The notes beneath the pieces are model-generated. The model was given only the letters and a program-made list of their open reading frames with translations. It was not told where the DNA came from and made no database searches. Shown here one piece after another: positions 19,705 to 28,382 of a DNA stretch of 59,825 nt (position 1 is its first letter; every line of letters starts with the position of its first letter). This DNA is from Candidatus Falkowbacteria bacterium (GTDB taxonomy: Bacteria; Patescibacteriota; Patescibacteriia; Patescibacteriales; UBA12465), in contig CAINDR010000054.1 of NCBI GenBank assembly GCA_903847415.1, positions 1 to 59,825 of the forward strand. Direction: 5' to 3'. The translations under genes were made by a program, and so were the position numbers.

Positions 19705-19813
19705 ACAGGCGAGTTTTTGTCTCGCCACCAGAAATTCTAAGATAGAAGTTCTGGTTATGAGACAAAAGTTGTTTCATCAAAAAAAAGAACATTAACAATT
19801 AAAAAAAATAAAA

Positions 19814-21568
19814 ATGAAAGCAAAAAAAGTATTTTTCTTTTTTTTCGCCATAGTAATGGTGATTTTAGGAAATAGTTCTTGTACTAAGGACTATGATCCA
19901 CTAGTTGACGGAAAATCTCCCGTTCCTTTAAGCGCCAAAATCTCTATCACAGGCAGCATTGCTGCCGGAGATAGTGTCCAAGTTGGCACACTTATTAATT
20001 GTTCCGGCGCTTTAAGCACTGGAACTATCCAATCATTCCGATTGGATTGGGGAGACGGAACGCCAGTGGTTGTAACAAACGTTACTACTGCCAGCCAAAT
20101 TGCTGGCAGCCATAGTTACCAAACTATTGGTCAAAAACTGTTAAAACTTGAGGTTTACTCAGGTTTAAATGGCTCTGGCGAACAAGCTGGGGCAAGTAAA
20201 ATTATCCATGTCGTGAGCAATCTTCCTCCGGGAGCTGCATTAAGTTTTAGCGGAGTAAGTGTGGTTGGCGATAGTGCCCTATTAAACACTAACGTAGTGA
20301 TTAGTGGGCAAAATTCAACCGGCACCATTAAATCATATTCAATGGAATATGGTGATGGCACTAATAGTGGAATAATTAACGTATCTTCAGCGGCTCAAAT
20401 TTCACAACTGAAAACTTACAATTCAATTGGAGTTTTCTCGGTTAAGTTAACCGTTTACGAAGGGGTTAACGGCACTGGTGCTCAATCATTTATGGTTAAG
20501 CATTTATCAGTAATTAACCAATTACCTAACCTAATCCCGATTATTACTTTCAGCTCTGCGAATATGAGCGGAGACACAGTAATGGTAAATACTAATGTGG
20601 TAATCAGCGGTGCCAGTTCGACTGGAATAATTGGTTCCTTTGGTATGAACTATGGGGATGGCACTTTTTTGGCAACAACTAATGTCAGCAGCAATGCCGG
20701 AATTACTGCCAATAAAGTTTACACTGCCATTGGTACCTATACAGTTAAATTAACTGTATATAGTGGATATGGTGGCACTGGAAGTTACGCATCGATCAGC
20801 AGAAATTTAGTGGTGGTAAACATACCGCCAGTAAATAATCAATTACTAATCAAATACGACTCCCTTTATCAAGGAGCTGGAATTTGGAAAAACAGTTGGA
20901 AGCTTAACCTTTCCTTAGCCTTTGGCCAAGGATATAGCAATGATTGCTATTACAAGGGGGATGCGAACGGCTGGGGAATGACTTCTCTGTCCGCACCAAT
21001 TGCTGGTTGGGTATACTTTGAAACTGTTGGTTCTCAACGTTTCACAATAATAAACAAACTAGCAAATGGGACTGAAAACTGGGCGAAGTTGACAACAAAT
21101 GTCAACTTAAATGAACAGTCATTAACCAAGTGGAATTCTTGGGGTTGTGTGGAAGTAGAGAGTAAAGTTTCTGCCACCTACCCAATTTTCGATCCCGGCA
21201 GTATTGGGGATCAGTTAATTAATATTAATAAATTACCAAATGGTAATTTACGAATTAATATTAAAAGCTCCCCTGGCACCTTTGTGGTGACACCAGGAGT
21301 TGCTCCAGCGCTACGGATTCAATATCCAAGTGGTTGGGTAATCAGTGCTTTAACTGCTCACCCTAACGATCCTTTTGGTCACTACTACTACTTAGACGTA
21401 GTGCCAAGTAGTTTTAATGGTGGGATGGTTAATATTCAGATTCTACCGAATATTAACCAACCAAGCAGTTATTTTTACTGGGGAGGCTCTTATTGGGCCC
21501 CCAACAGTACAAATAGTACCTATTCAATTTCCAGTGTGATAAATCCACCCTGGAAAAGCAAAAAATAA
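19814..21568 (+). CDS. putative surface lipoprotein with three PKD-like tandem repeats and an uncharacterised C-terminal domain
   Basis: Signal peptide ending ILGNSSC followed by TKDYD. Three units of about 101 aa each contain (D/E/N)(W/Y)GDGT ... Y...G.Y.VKL.VY. Confidence 0.7.
   Translation: MKAKKVFFFFFAIVMVILGNSSCTKDYDPLVDGKSPVPLSAKISITGSIAAGDSVQVGTLINCSGALSTGTIQSFRLDWGDGTPVVVTNVTTASQIAGSHSYQTIGQKLLKLEVYSGLNGSGEQAGASKIIHVVSNLPPGAALSFSGVSVVGDSALLNTNVVISGQNSTGTIKSYSMEYGDGTNSGIINVSSAAQISQLKTYNSIGVFSVKLTVYEGVNGTGAQSFMVKHLSVINQLPNLIPIITFSSANMSGDTVMVNTNVVISGASSTGIIGSFGMNYGDGTFLATTNVSSNAGITANKVYTAIGTYTVKLTVYSGYGGTGSYASISRNLVVVNIPPVNNQLLIKYDSLYQGAGIWKNSWKLNLSLAFGQGYSNDCYYKGDANGWGMTSLSAPIAGWVYFETVGSQRFTIINKLANGTENWAKLTTNVNLNEQSLTKWNSWGCVEVESKVSATYPIFDPGSIGDQLININKLPNGNLRINIKSSPGTFVVTPGVAPALRIQYPSGWVISALTAHPNDPFGHYYYLDVVPSSFNGGMVNIQILPNINQPSSYFYWGGSYWAPNSTNSTYSISSVINPPWKSKK
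19934..20840 (+). repeat. three in-frame tandem repeats of about 303 nt (PKD-like modules)
   Basis: Repeated ..S(F/Y).(L/M).(W/Y)GDGT....NV(T/S)..... at a spacing of about 101 aa. Confidence 0.6.
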
Positions 21569-21588
21569 AAAAGGCAAAAAAGCCTTAG

Positions 21589-21618
21589 GCCCTGATTAAA
21601 ATTAATCAGGGCTTTTTT
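21589..21618 (+). terminator. intrinsic terminator after the PKD-repeat gene
   Basis: GCCCTGATTAA/TTAATCAGGGC followed by TTTTTT. Confidence 0.7.
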
Positions 21619-21642
21619 AATAGCCAAGCATCTTGTTAATAT

Positions 21643-21676
21643 TAAAAAAGCCGTTTCAATTTGAAACGGCTTTGTT
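21643..21676 (-). terminator. intrinsic terminator after 21677..22303
   Basis: AGCCGTTTCAA-t-TTGAAACGGCT palindrome with T-runs on both strands. Confidence 0.65.
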
Positions 21677-22303
21677 TTATTTTCTAGTTATTTTGATTTT
21701 ATCGCCATAACTATGAGCATCATTTGGACCTTTAAATCCATAAATGGTTGTTCTTGTGCTACCCATTTCCCCGGAACTTTTTGGTGTGGGAAACTTCCTG
21801 GGTTTGAAAGTTTCCTCTCCATTATTTACCACTGAAGCATTTTGATTGCCAACAGCAGTAACTATAGATTTTTCTGGTAAATTAACAGGAGGGTTTTGGC
21901 GAGAATTATTATTTCCTCTCCGATTCTCCGGTTTTTGTGGAGTATTTCTCTTGTTGTTTTTTTTCTTGGTCTTCTTGTCTGAAGGCAAAGTATTTTTAAC
22001 AACAGGAACGGGAGTAGTAATAGCTACTGGATTAGTAGTTGTATCAACCGTAAACGCAGAAGAGCTTGTGTCCCCTAGCTGACAAAGAGCAAGAGCTTGC
22101 GCTAACGAGTCATTAACTTTCGCCAATGAATCACATTCGCTATTCTTGCTAAGAAGAAATTCATTATCTTCCTTGAGAGAAGTAATGGATTCTTGTTCGC
22201 TATGTAGCAAATACCAATAGTATCCGCCACTTAGGATTAACAATCCAATAATCAGGTACAACAGCAACCAGAAGGCTCTGTTTTTTTTGTTATTTGTGGC
22301 CAT
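21677..22303 (-). CDS. hypothetical N-terminally anchored protein with a basic low-complexity region
   Basis: TM helix FWLLLYLIIGLLILSGGYYWYLL, a short coiled coil, then a KKTKKKNNKRNTPQKPENRRGNNNSRQN tract. Its start overlaps the upstream stop (TAATG). Confidence 0.55.
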   Translation of the reverse strand: MATNNKKNRAFWLLLYLIIGLLILSGGYYWYLLHSEQESITSLKEDNEFLLSKNSECDSLAKVNDSLAQALALCQLGDTSSSAFTVDTTTNPVAITTPVPVVKNTLPSDKKTKKKNNKRNTPQKPENRRGNNNSRQNPPVNLPEKSIVTAVGNQNASVVNNGEETFKPRKFPTPKSSGEMGSTRTTIYGFKGPNDAHSYGDKIKITRK

Positions 22304-23226
22304 TACACCCTCCCTTCTGTTAAAAAGTTAGGAACAGGCTTATCCACGCAGGAAAGCTTAACATCGAAGTTAAACTTGTCCCAAATTAGAAAAATTACTG
22401 GAACCAGATTTACTTTAAACTTTAAAATAAATCTACTATTTTCCATAATCTGATATTCTGGAATTATCTCCAAAATATTTTGTTGGAAATAAGGAAGCTT
22501 AAAAAAGCTTACTCCACCGCCAACGGTAAAATACTTCATGGATTTATCCAGCCCAACAACAGGATGTTCCAAACCAAAACCGGCCATTAAGTCAAAATTG
22601 ATTGACCAATTATCGCTAATAAATAAATTAGCAACAGTTTCGGTAAACCGGGCTTGAAACATTTGTCCGTTCCAAGTTAATGAATCACCAATCTCAGTGA
22701 TTATATCCTTGAAAAAAAGCTCCTTCTTAGCAGACAACGGTTGTTTGTATTTTACTTCCAAACTGTGTCTGCTAAAAATTATAGCATCTGGATCAAAAAT
22801 GGCTATATTGAGATAGCCTGATAGATTGAAATCTACCTGCTTGTCTTGATAACCATAGGCAGCCACATCACTTCTTGTGGTGGCCTGACCAAAACCTAAT
22901 CTGGTCTTCAGAAACCACCCACCATCGTATTCACCAGCACCAAAAGTAGTGTTGAGGGATACACCGGCACTCCAGTTATTAGAAGAACTAATCCATTTCT
23001 GGGTTTCGTTCTTAAGACGAATCCCGCCAGTTTCGGCATAGAAGCCGAACAAGGTGGTGCCCTCTCCAATTCGAATTGGGCACACATCAATACTTAACTC
23101 CCGAAAGTTCATTTCGTCAGTTAAGCCAACATTACTGATACCATTATTAATAATGGCATCCAACTTTTGTGCCTGAGCAAAGATGCTGGCAACTAAAATA
23201 ATCGCTGTTAAGATTATTTTTTTCAT
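22303..23226 (-). CDS. signal-peptide protein rich in alternating beta-strand patterns (outer-membrane beta-barrel-like)
   Basis: N-terminus MKKIILTAIILVASIFAQAQ. The body has repeated aromatic/Gly alternating segments. Strong RBS (AAAGGGGGAcaaaATG). Confidence 0.6.
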   Translation of the reverse strand: MKKIILTAIILVASIFAQAQKLDAIINNGISNVGLTDEMNFRELSIDVCPIRIGEGTTLFGFYAETGGIRLKNETQKWISSSNNWSAGVSLNTTFGAGEYDGGWFLKTRLGFGQATTRSDVAAYGYQDKQVDFNLSGYLNIAIFDPDAIIFSRHSLEVKYKQPLSAKKELFFKDIITEIGDSLTWNGQMFQARFTETVANLFISDNWSINFDLMAGFGLEHPVVGLDKSMKYFTVGGGVSFFKLPYFQQNILEIIPEYQIMENSRFILKFKVNLVPVIFLIWDKFNFDVKLSCVDKPVPNFLTEGRV

Positions 23227-23340
23227 TTTGTCCCCCTTTTTTATTTAATTTTTAATTTTTAATTTACAATCTAAACTAGAAACAACTTTTGTTCCCTCGC
23301 TGGACCTCAAGAAAGGCCTGGCGGCGAAATAAAAATTTTC

Positions 23341-24183
23341 TTAACGTGGCAAAATATTACTCATATTACCAACTAACACAACTTCTTCGGTCACTTTTTT
23401 GGAACCATGCTCAACAAAATTACCGGATAAAAATTCTGGCTCTGATTTAATAATCACCCGCTGAGCTGGCGCCTTCTCTGTTTTAACTGGTATCTCTTGT
23501 TGACTGGCGGTGACCAGCACTTTGCGAGCCTGATGACGTTTTACCCTGGGACGACCAAAGAGATAAAAATTATATTTCTCTTCTGGTAAAAAGTAAATAT
23601 ACAGGAAAGAAAAAGCTAAACCGAAAATAACAGCAAGTAGAAAATTAACTACCGGGTTCGGATTTGTTGGATAACTCGAAACTAATGGCTGAGCAATCAC
23701 ACTCACTCGGACTGTATCACCCATCCCCTGATAATTAAAGTTTTTATTGATCAAAACATCATTAATTGCCAAAGCAATTTGTTTTGCCTGATAAGGATCG
23801 GGATGATAGACCTCCATTTCAATAATTCCAGTATTACTTAAACTTTTTGCCTTAACCGTCTTCGCCCAGATTTTTTGCTGACGAGAAGCCTTATCGGTAA
23901 AATAGGAGCGATCAATGTTATACTGAGAATCAAGGGCTAAATCATAAAAAGAACTTGAGTAAATAACTTGAGAAAAAAGATTTCCCAGGTATTCATTGGA
24001 TTTGGAAACGGTATAAGGGTCAACCTCTCTGGTATTCTGAATAACTAGTAATTTGGATTTAGTACTATATTTTAAGGGTTGAACAAAAGTAAAAATCATC
24101 CCCAGGGCAATAAAAACAAAAATCCAAGACCAGATGGTTTGGCGTTTTTTTGACGAAAGTTTGATAAAATCTCTTAATTCCAT
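23341..24183 (-). CDS. Wzz/YveK-like polysaccharide chain-length determinant protein
   Basis: N-terminal TM followed by QPLKYSTKSKLLV, a periplasmic-type domain, and a second TM (VVNFLLAVIFGLAFSFLYIYF). Confidence 0.7.
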   Translation of the reverse strand: MELRDFIKLSSKKRQTIWSWIFVFIALGMIFTFVQPLKYSTKSKLLVIQNTREVDPYTVSKSNEYLGNLFSQVIYSSSFYDLALDSQYNIDRSYFTDKASRQQKIWAKTVKAKSLSNTGIIEMEVYHPDPYQAKQIALAINDVLINKNFNYQGMGDTVRVSVIAQPLVSSYPTNPNPVVNFLLAVIFGLAFSFLYIYFLPEEKYNFYLFGRPRVKRHQARKVLVTASQQEIPVKTEKAPAQRVIIKSEPEFLSGNFVEHGSKKVTEEVVLVGNMSNILPR

Positions 24184-24228
24184 ATTTATATTACAATTAC
24201 CTGCTTGCTTACCTTTAATTAACTCTTA

Positions 24229-24257
24229 ATTATAGTATATAACTTTTTATTTGTCAA
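24229..24257 (-). promoter_or_regulatory. sigma70-type promoter for the Wzz-like gene
   Basis: On the minus strand: TTGACA (24252-24257), 17 nt, TATAAT (24229-24234). Confidence 0.55.
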
Positions 24258-24276
24258 TAGCTAGCGGGAGTTACTA

Positions 24277-24305
24277 TTGACAAAAAAAGATAAACAATGT
24301 ATACT
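24277..24305 (+). promoter_or_regulatory. sigma70-type promoter for 24354..25646
   Basis: TTGACA (24277-24282), 17 nt, TATACT (24300-24305). Confidence 0.55.
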
Positions 24306-24353
24306 TAGAAGACAAAAAATAAAGAAAGGAAAATTATCAATTATTATAAACTT

Positions 24354-25646
24354 ATGAAAAAAATTATCTCACTAACTCTTTTGGCTGCTGTTCTGCTTTT
24401 TGCGGCAGTGCCAATCGGTAAAACAAAAAACAAATCCTATTACTCCGGTGATGCGATTAGTTATAACGGGCAATTAGTGGTTGCTTCCGCAAACACTGAC
24501 AGTTTAGAAATTTTTAAACTAAACGGCGCTAACTTAGAAAGAATTAGTCGCACCCGCCCTCTGGAAGCACGCTTTAATCGTTATGGTAGTTATTATGAAG
24601 TAAAGCTAATCGAAGAAAATGGCCAGCTTTATGCTTATGCAATTACTGATTTTAAAATTGATAAATATAATATTAGTGCCTTAGATGCTTCCCCAATTTT
24701 AGAAAATAATTTAAGTAATACTTATTGGGAGTGGTATGGTGGTTTGGAAAAACTTGGCAACAATCATTATCTTACTATTGGCAATAAAGGAGTTAAACTT
24801 TTGAATCAAGATTTACAGGTAATTGATAGCTATGATTTTAAAAATACCCAGAATCAATATAACATTCAAGTTAGTGCCGATGGTCGTTATTTACTTGATA
24901 TTACCGGCAACACTTTGCGAGTCTTTGATCGTCAAAGCCGTACAGTGATTAATGAAATCAGTTTAAATTATAATAAAAATTTAGAAAATCGACGAGCTTC
25001 AATGGATGCTAATGGCGATATTTTTGTGGCTGATGATGTTTACACTAAGAAATTTTCTCTTGATGGAACCACAAAAGCTAGTTTCCGCCACTTGGATCAA
25101 CCTGCCTTCGATACCGTTCTTTCTGATTCTAGTCTTTATTTTAGTAACGGCGTTGGTGTTGTTAAATTAGCAAAAAGTGATTTAAAATTGTTAGACTACA
25201 AATACACTAGTTCTTATGGTGGAAATGGTTGGGCAATGGGACTAAAAGTTGTTTCCAGTGACAATGGTGATAGAGTAATTTCTTTTAACAACTCTGGTAT
25301 TTTAGTCTTAGATCAAAATCTAGAAAAATTAGCTTTCTTTGTTGGTGATACTGATGAAGAAGAAATTTCTGCTCCTACTGAAAATTTATGGTTAAAAACC
25401 GATAGCTACTCTGCAAAAGAAGGTTCAACAGTAAAATTAAGTGGTGGTGGATTTGCGGCTCGCGAAAAACTAGTAATTTATTTTGCTGGTGCCGGAAACC
25501 AAGAAACAACTGCCGATAACCAAGGAAGATTTACTAGTGATTTAAAAGTGCCGCCAATTAGTGATTCTCAAAAAAAGTTAGTAGATATTAAGGTCGTTGG
25601 CTCCTCAAAACTGAGCTACAGTTCCAGCTTTACGATTGAAAAATAA
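24354..25646 (+). CDS. secreted hypothetical protein (beta-propeller-like repeats plus C-terminal Ig-like domain)
   Basis: Signal peptide MKKIISLTLLAAVLLFAAVP. 430-aa ORF. Confidence 0.6.
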   Translation: MKKIISLTLLAAVLLFAAVPIGKTKNKSYYSGDAISYNGQLVVASANTDSLEIFKLNGANLERISRTRPLEARFNRYGSYYEVKLIEENGQLYAYAITDFKIDKYNISALDASPILENNLSNTYWEWYGGLEKLGNNHYLTIGNKGVKLLNQDLQVIDSYDFKNTQNQYNIQVSADGRYLLDITGNTLRVFDRQSRTVINEISLNYNKNLENRRASMDANGDIFVADDVYTKKFSLDGTTKASFRHLDQPAFDTVLSDSSLYFSNGVGVVKLAKSDLKLLDYKYTSSYGGNGWAMGLKVVSSDNGDRVISFNNSGILVLDQNLEKLAFFVGDTDEEEISAPTENLWLKTDSYSAKEGSTVKLSGGGFAAREKLVIYFAGAGNQETTADNQGRFTSDLKVPPISDSQKKLVDIKVVGSSKLSYSSSFTIEK

Positions 25647-25656
25647 TTGAATTATC

Positions 25657-25686
25657 AAAACGCCCCGGTTAACGGGGCGTTTTTTG
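25657..25686. terminator. bidirectional terminator between 24354..25646 and GT4 25669..26892
   Basis: AACGCCCCG-gttaa-CGGGGCGTT plus TTTTT. The hairpin overlaps the last codons of the minus-strand gene. Confidence 0.7.
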
Positions 25687-26892
25687 ATTTAAAACTTGGT
25701 GATAAATTTTTACAAGCGCCTCTAGGTGATTTTTTAAACTAAACTGTCTCACGCTTTCAATTGTTATCGCAGCAATGTCTTGAGGTAAAGTAGCTAGGGT
25801 GTTTATTTTTAGGGCCAGATCTTGAACGTTTTCCGCCTCAAAAAGAAAACCATTTTTCCCGTCTTGAATTATTTCTGCCAAACCACCAACTCGCGAAGCA
25901 ATCACAGGTGTGCCGGATCCTAAAGATTCAAGCATTGTAAAAGGCATGTTCTCTGGCCAACGAGAAGGAATAACAACTGCAGATGCTCGAGAAATCAAAC
26001 CCTGTAGTTCAATCCCAGACTTAAAACCAACAAACTCAATTCGATCAGACAATTTCATTTTTTTCACCAAAGCCCTTAGCTGATCATCTGCCAAGCCAAT
26101 CCCCGCAATCTTTAAAGACAAGTCGGGAACCTGGCTCATGGCCTTAATTAACAAATCAATCCCCTTCTCTTCACTCAAGCGACCATAGCAAAAAAGATAA
26201 CTTTCTTTTTTTTCTGGTTGGTCAGACAAGCGATCAACAAAATTAGTTAAAACCGTAATTTTTTCTGCTGGCCAAGAAAACTTAATTGCTTCTTTTTTTG
26301 CAAAGAGACTTGGAGAAATAAAGAGATCAACACCTTTCTCATAAAATTTAAAAAGATGATGATGGACCCACATCTCTAGACTAGCAATAAAACTGCGAAA
26401 AAAAGAATTATCCAAACAACGATACTTGAGACATTGAGAATATTTACCATTTTGACATTTTTCACAAAAAGAATTTTTTGTATAAAGCTTGTAGTTTGGG
26501 CAAAATAATTTGTAATCATGAAGATGCATCACTACTGGAATCTTTCTTTTTTTTGCTGGTCCAAGAATAGATGGTGATATTTGGTGATAAATATTATGCA
26601 AATGAATAATGTCTGGCTGAAAATCATCAAGAAGTTTCGCAAATTTACGACGAGCTTCTAGACTATAAATAATTCTTCCAGGAATAAAAAATAAATCCCA
26701 AAAATTATTTTTTCGAAAATCTAAATTAGAAACAAAATATTTTTCCCAAGAAGAAGGATGATTGTTTGGATGATGCATTGAAAACAAAGCAACTACATGA
26801 CCAGCGTCTTCCAGGGCTGAAACGATATCTAAAAAATATTTCTCAGCTCCCCCTCGACGATAATTAAATTTATTGACCTGAAGAATTTTCAT
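25669..26892 (-). CDS. GT4-family glycosyltransferase
   Basis: GGAEKYF N-terminus and RWPENMPFTMLESLGSGTPVIASRVGG, the E-x7-E region. Confidence 0.85.
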   Translation of the reverse strand: MKILQVNKFNYRRGGAEKYFLDIVSALEDAGHVVALFSMHHPNNHPSSWEKYFVSNLDFRKNNFWDLFFIPGRIIYSLEARRKFAKLLDDFQPDIIHLHNIYHQISPSILGPAKKRKIPVVMHLHDYKLFCPNYKLYTKNSFCEKCQNGKYSQCLKYRCLDNSFFRSFIASLEMWVHHHLFKFYEKGVDLFISPSLFAKKEAIKFSWPAEKITVLTNFVDRLSDQPEKKESYLFCYGRLSEEKGIDLLIKAMSQVPDLSLKIAGIGLADDQLRALVKKMKLSDRIEFVGFKSGIELQGLISRASAVVIPSRWPENMPFTMLESLGSGTPVIASRVGGLAEIIQDGKNGFLFEAENVQDLALKINTLATLPQDIAAITIESVRQFSLKNHLEALVKIYHQVLNQKTPR

Positions 26893-26960
26893 ATTTTTGA
26901 AGATTTCTTTGACTTTCTGAATAAAAATAGGCTAATATTATAATACCATACTTATGATAT

Positions 26961-28304
26961 ATGAAAAAATTTAATCTCAAAATTACCTACAAATCAAGCT
27001 TAGTTCTCGCTCTTCTAAGTATCCCGTTAATTATCTCCCTCCAATTACCTTTTATTTTGACTATTCTAGCAATTATTTTCTCTCTGATTTTTTTCATTGG
27101 AATTAATTGGCCAAAAATTGGTTTATTTTGTTTTATTTTTTTAAGACCGGCTGTTGATTTCTTATACCAATACCGACTGAACAGTGATCCACCTCTTAAT
27201 TTTACCTCTCTTTTTGCGATTTTAGCAATTATTTTCTGTTTGGTAGTTTTCTATGAAAACTATCGTCAATTTCCAAAAATAAAAAGCTCTTTCACGTGGA
27301 TGTTTTTAATTTTTATTGGCATCCTATCTTTTTTCTATACCATCAACCAAACTGCAACCTTAGACGAACTACTGCGTCTAATCAGTATTTTCCTTTTGTT
27401 TATTAGTTCGTACCTCTTATTAAAAGATACCGGTGATCTCACTAATCTAATTCGAATTATTATATTTTCCAGTATTATTCCAGTGGCACTAGGTTTTTGG
27501 CAACTAGCCAATGAAACCGGCTTAATGGAAGATGGGCAAAATCGAATTTTTGGTACTTTTGCTCATCCAAATATGCTCGCTTATTTTTTAATTTTACCAA
27601 TTACTTTGTCAACCTTTGCTGCACTTAATCTTGGCAAAAAAAGAGTAGAAAGCTATGCCTATGCTTTAATTTCTTTAATCCTAGTAATCGTTCTTGCCTT
27701 TACCTACACCAGAGGGGCTTATGTTGCCCTGGCCTTAATTTTGGCGATTATTGGTTTAGCAAAATTTCGTGGTTTTCTTTTAATTTCAACAATCTTTGGT
27801 ATTATTATTTATCTTAGTCTTCCGCCGATTCAAGCCAGAGTAAACAGCTTATTAAATTTTGATCCCTATGGCTCGATTGGCTGGCGAATTCGTCTCTGGA
27901 CAGACGGTTTCTCCTATTTTAAAGAAAACCCTTGGACCGGAAATGGACTTGGAACTGGACCAATGGTGATTGCCGAAAATCGTGATTTTAAACTTGGGGC
28001 AACTGAACCCCATAATGATTATTTAAAACTAGGCCTAGAGCTTGGTTTCCCGGGTGTCGCTGCTTATCTGGCAATTATCATTAGTGCTCTTTTAGATTTT
28101 TATTATAGTTTTAAAAAACAATTAAAACCGAGGTTAAAGATTTTAACTCTTTTTGCTTCAGCCTGTTTAATTTCCCTCGCCATTATGAGTTTTGGTGATA
28201 ATATTCTAAATGATACCGCTCTACAATGGTCACTCTGGGTTTTGTTTGGAGCAATTTTAGTAAATAACCACCGAACCAATCAAAAACTAGAAATTAAAAA
28301 TTAA
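26961..28304 (+). CDS. O-antigen ligase / Wzy_C-family polytopic membrane protein
   Basis: More than 10 TM helices. Loop motifs YTRGAY and EPHNDYLKLGLELG are typical of the family. Confidence 0.8.
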   Translation: MKKFNLKITYKSSLVLALLSIPLIISLQLPFILTILAIIFSLIFFIGINWPKIGLFCFIFLRPAVDFLYQYRLNSDPPLNFTSLFAILAIIFCLVVFYENYRQFPKIKSSFTWMFLIFIGILSFFYTINQTATLDELLRLISIFLLFISSYLLLKDTGDLTNLIRIIIFSSIIPVALGFWQLANETGLMEDGQNRIFGTFAHPNMLAYFLILPITLSTFAALNLGKKRVESYAYALISLILVIVLAFTYTRGAYVALALILAIIGLAKFRGFLLISTIFGIIIYLSLPPIQARVNSLLNFDPYGSIGWRIRLWTDGFSYFKENPWTGNGLGTGPMVIAENRDFKLGATEPHNDYLKLGLELGFPGVAAYLAIIISALLDFYYSFKKQLKPRLKILTLFASACLISLAIMSFGDNILNDTALQWSLWVLFGAILVNNHRTNQKLEIKN

Positions 28305-28315
28305 TTATCTGATAA

Positions 28316-28358
28316 AAACAAAAAGTAGACATCCAGCAAAAGATCGTCTACTTTTTTT
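28316..28358. terminator. bidirectional terminator between the O-antigen-ligase-like gene and 28383..29135
   Basis: AAAAGTAGAC ... GTCTACTTTT, with a 15-nt loop and T-runs. Confidence 0.6.
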
Positions 28359-28382
28359 AAAGTTCCAAATTTTAAATTATTT

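Noticed and set aside
19762-23292. The 14-nt inverted repeat ACAAAAGTTGTTTC flanking the PKD/beta-barrel block, considered as proof of a mobile element.
   Set aside because: A rough estimate suggests that a single 14-mer inverted match can occur by chance in 60 kb of AT-rich DNA. The motif is also partly self-complementary. No transposase or integrase is present. It is kept only as supporting context in a finding.
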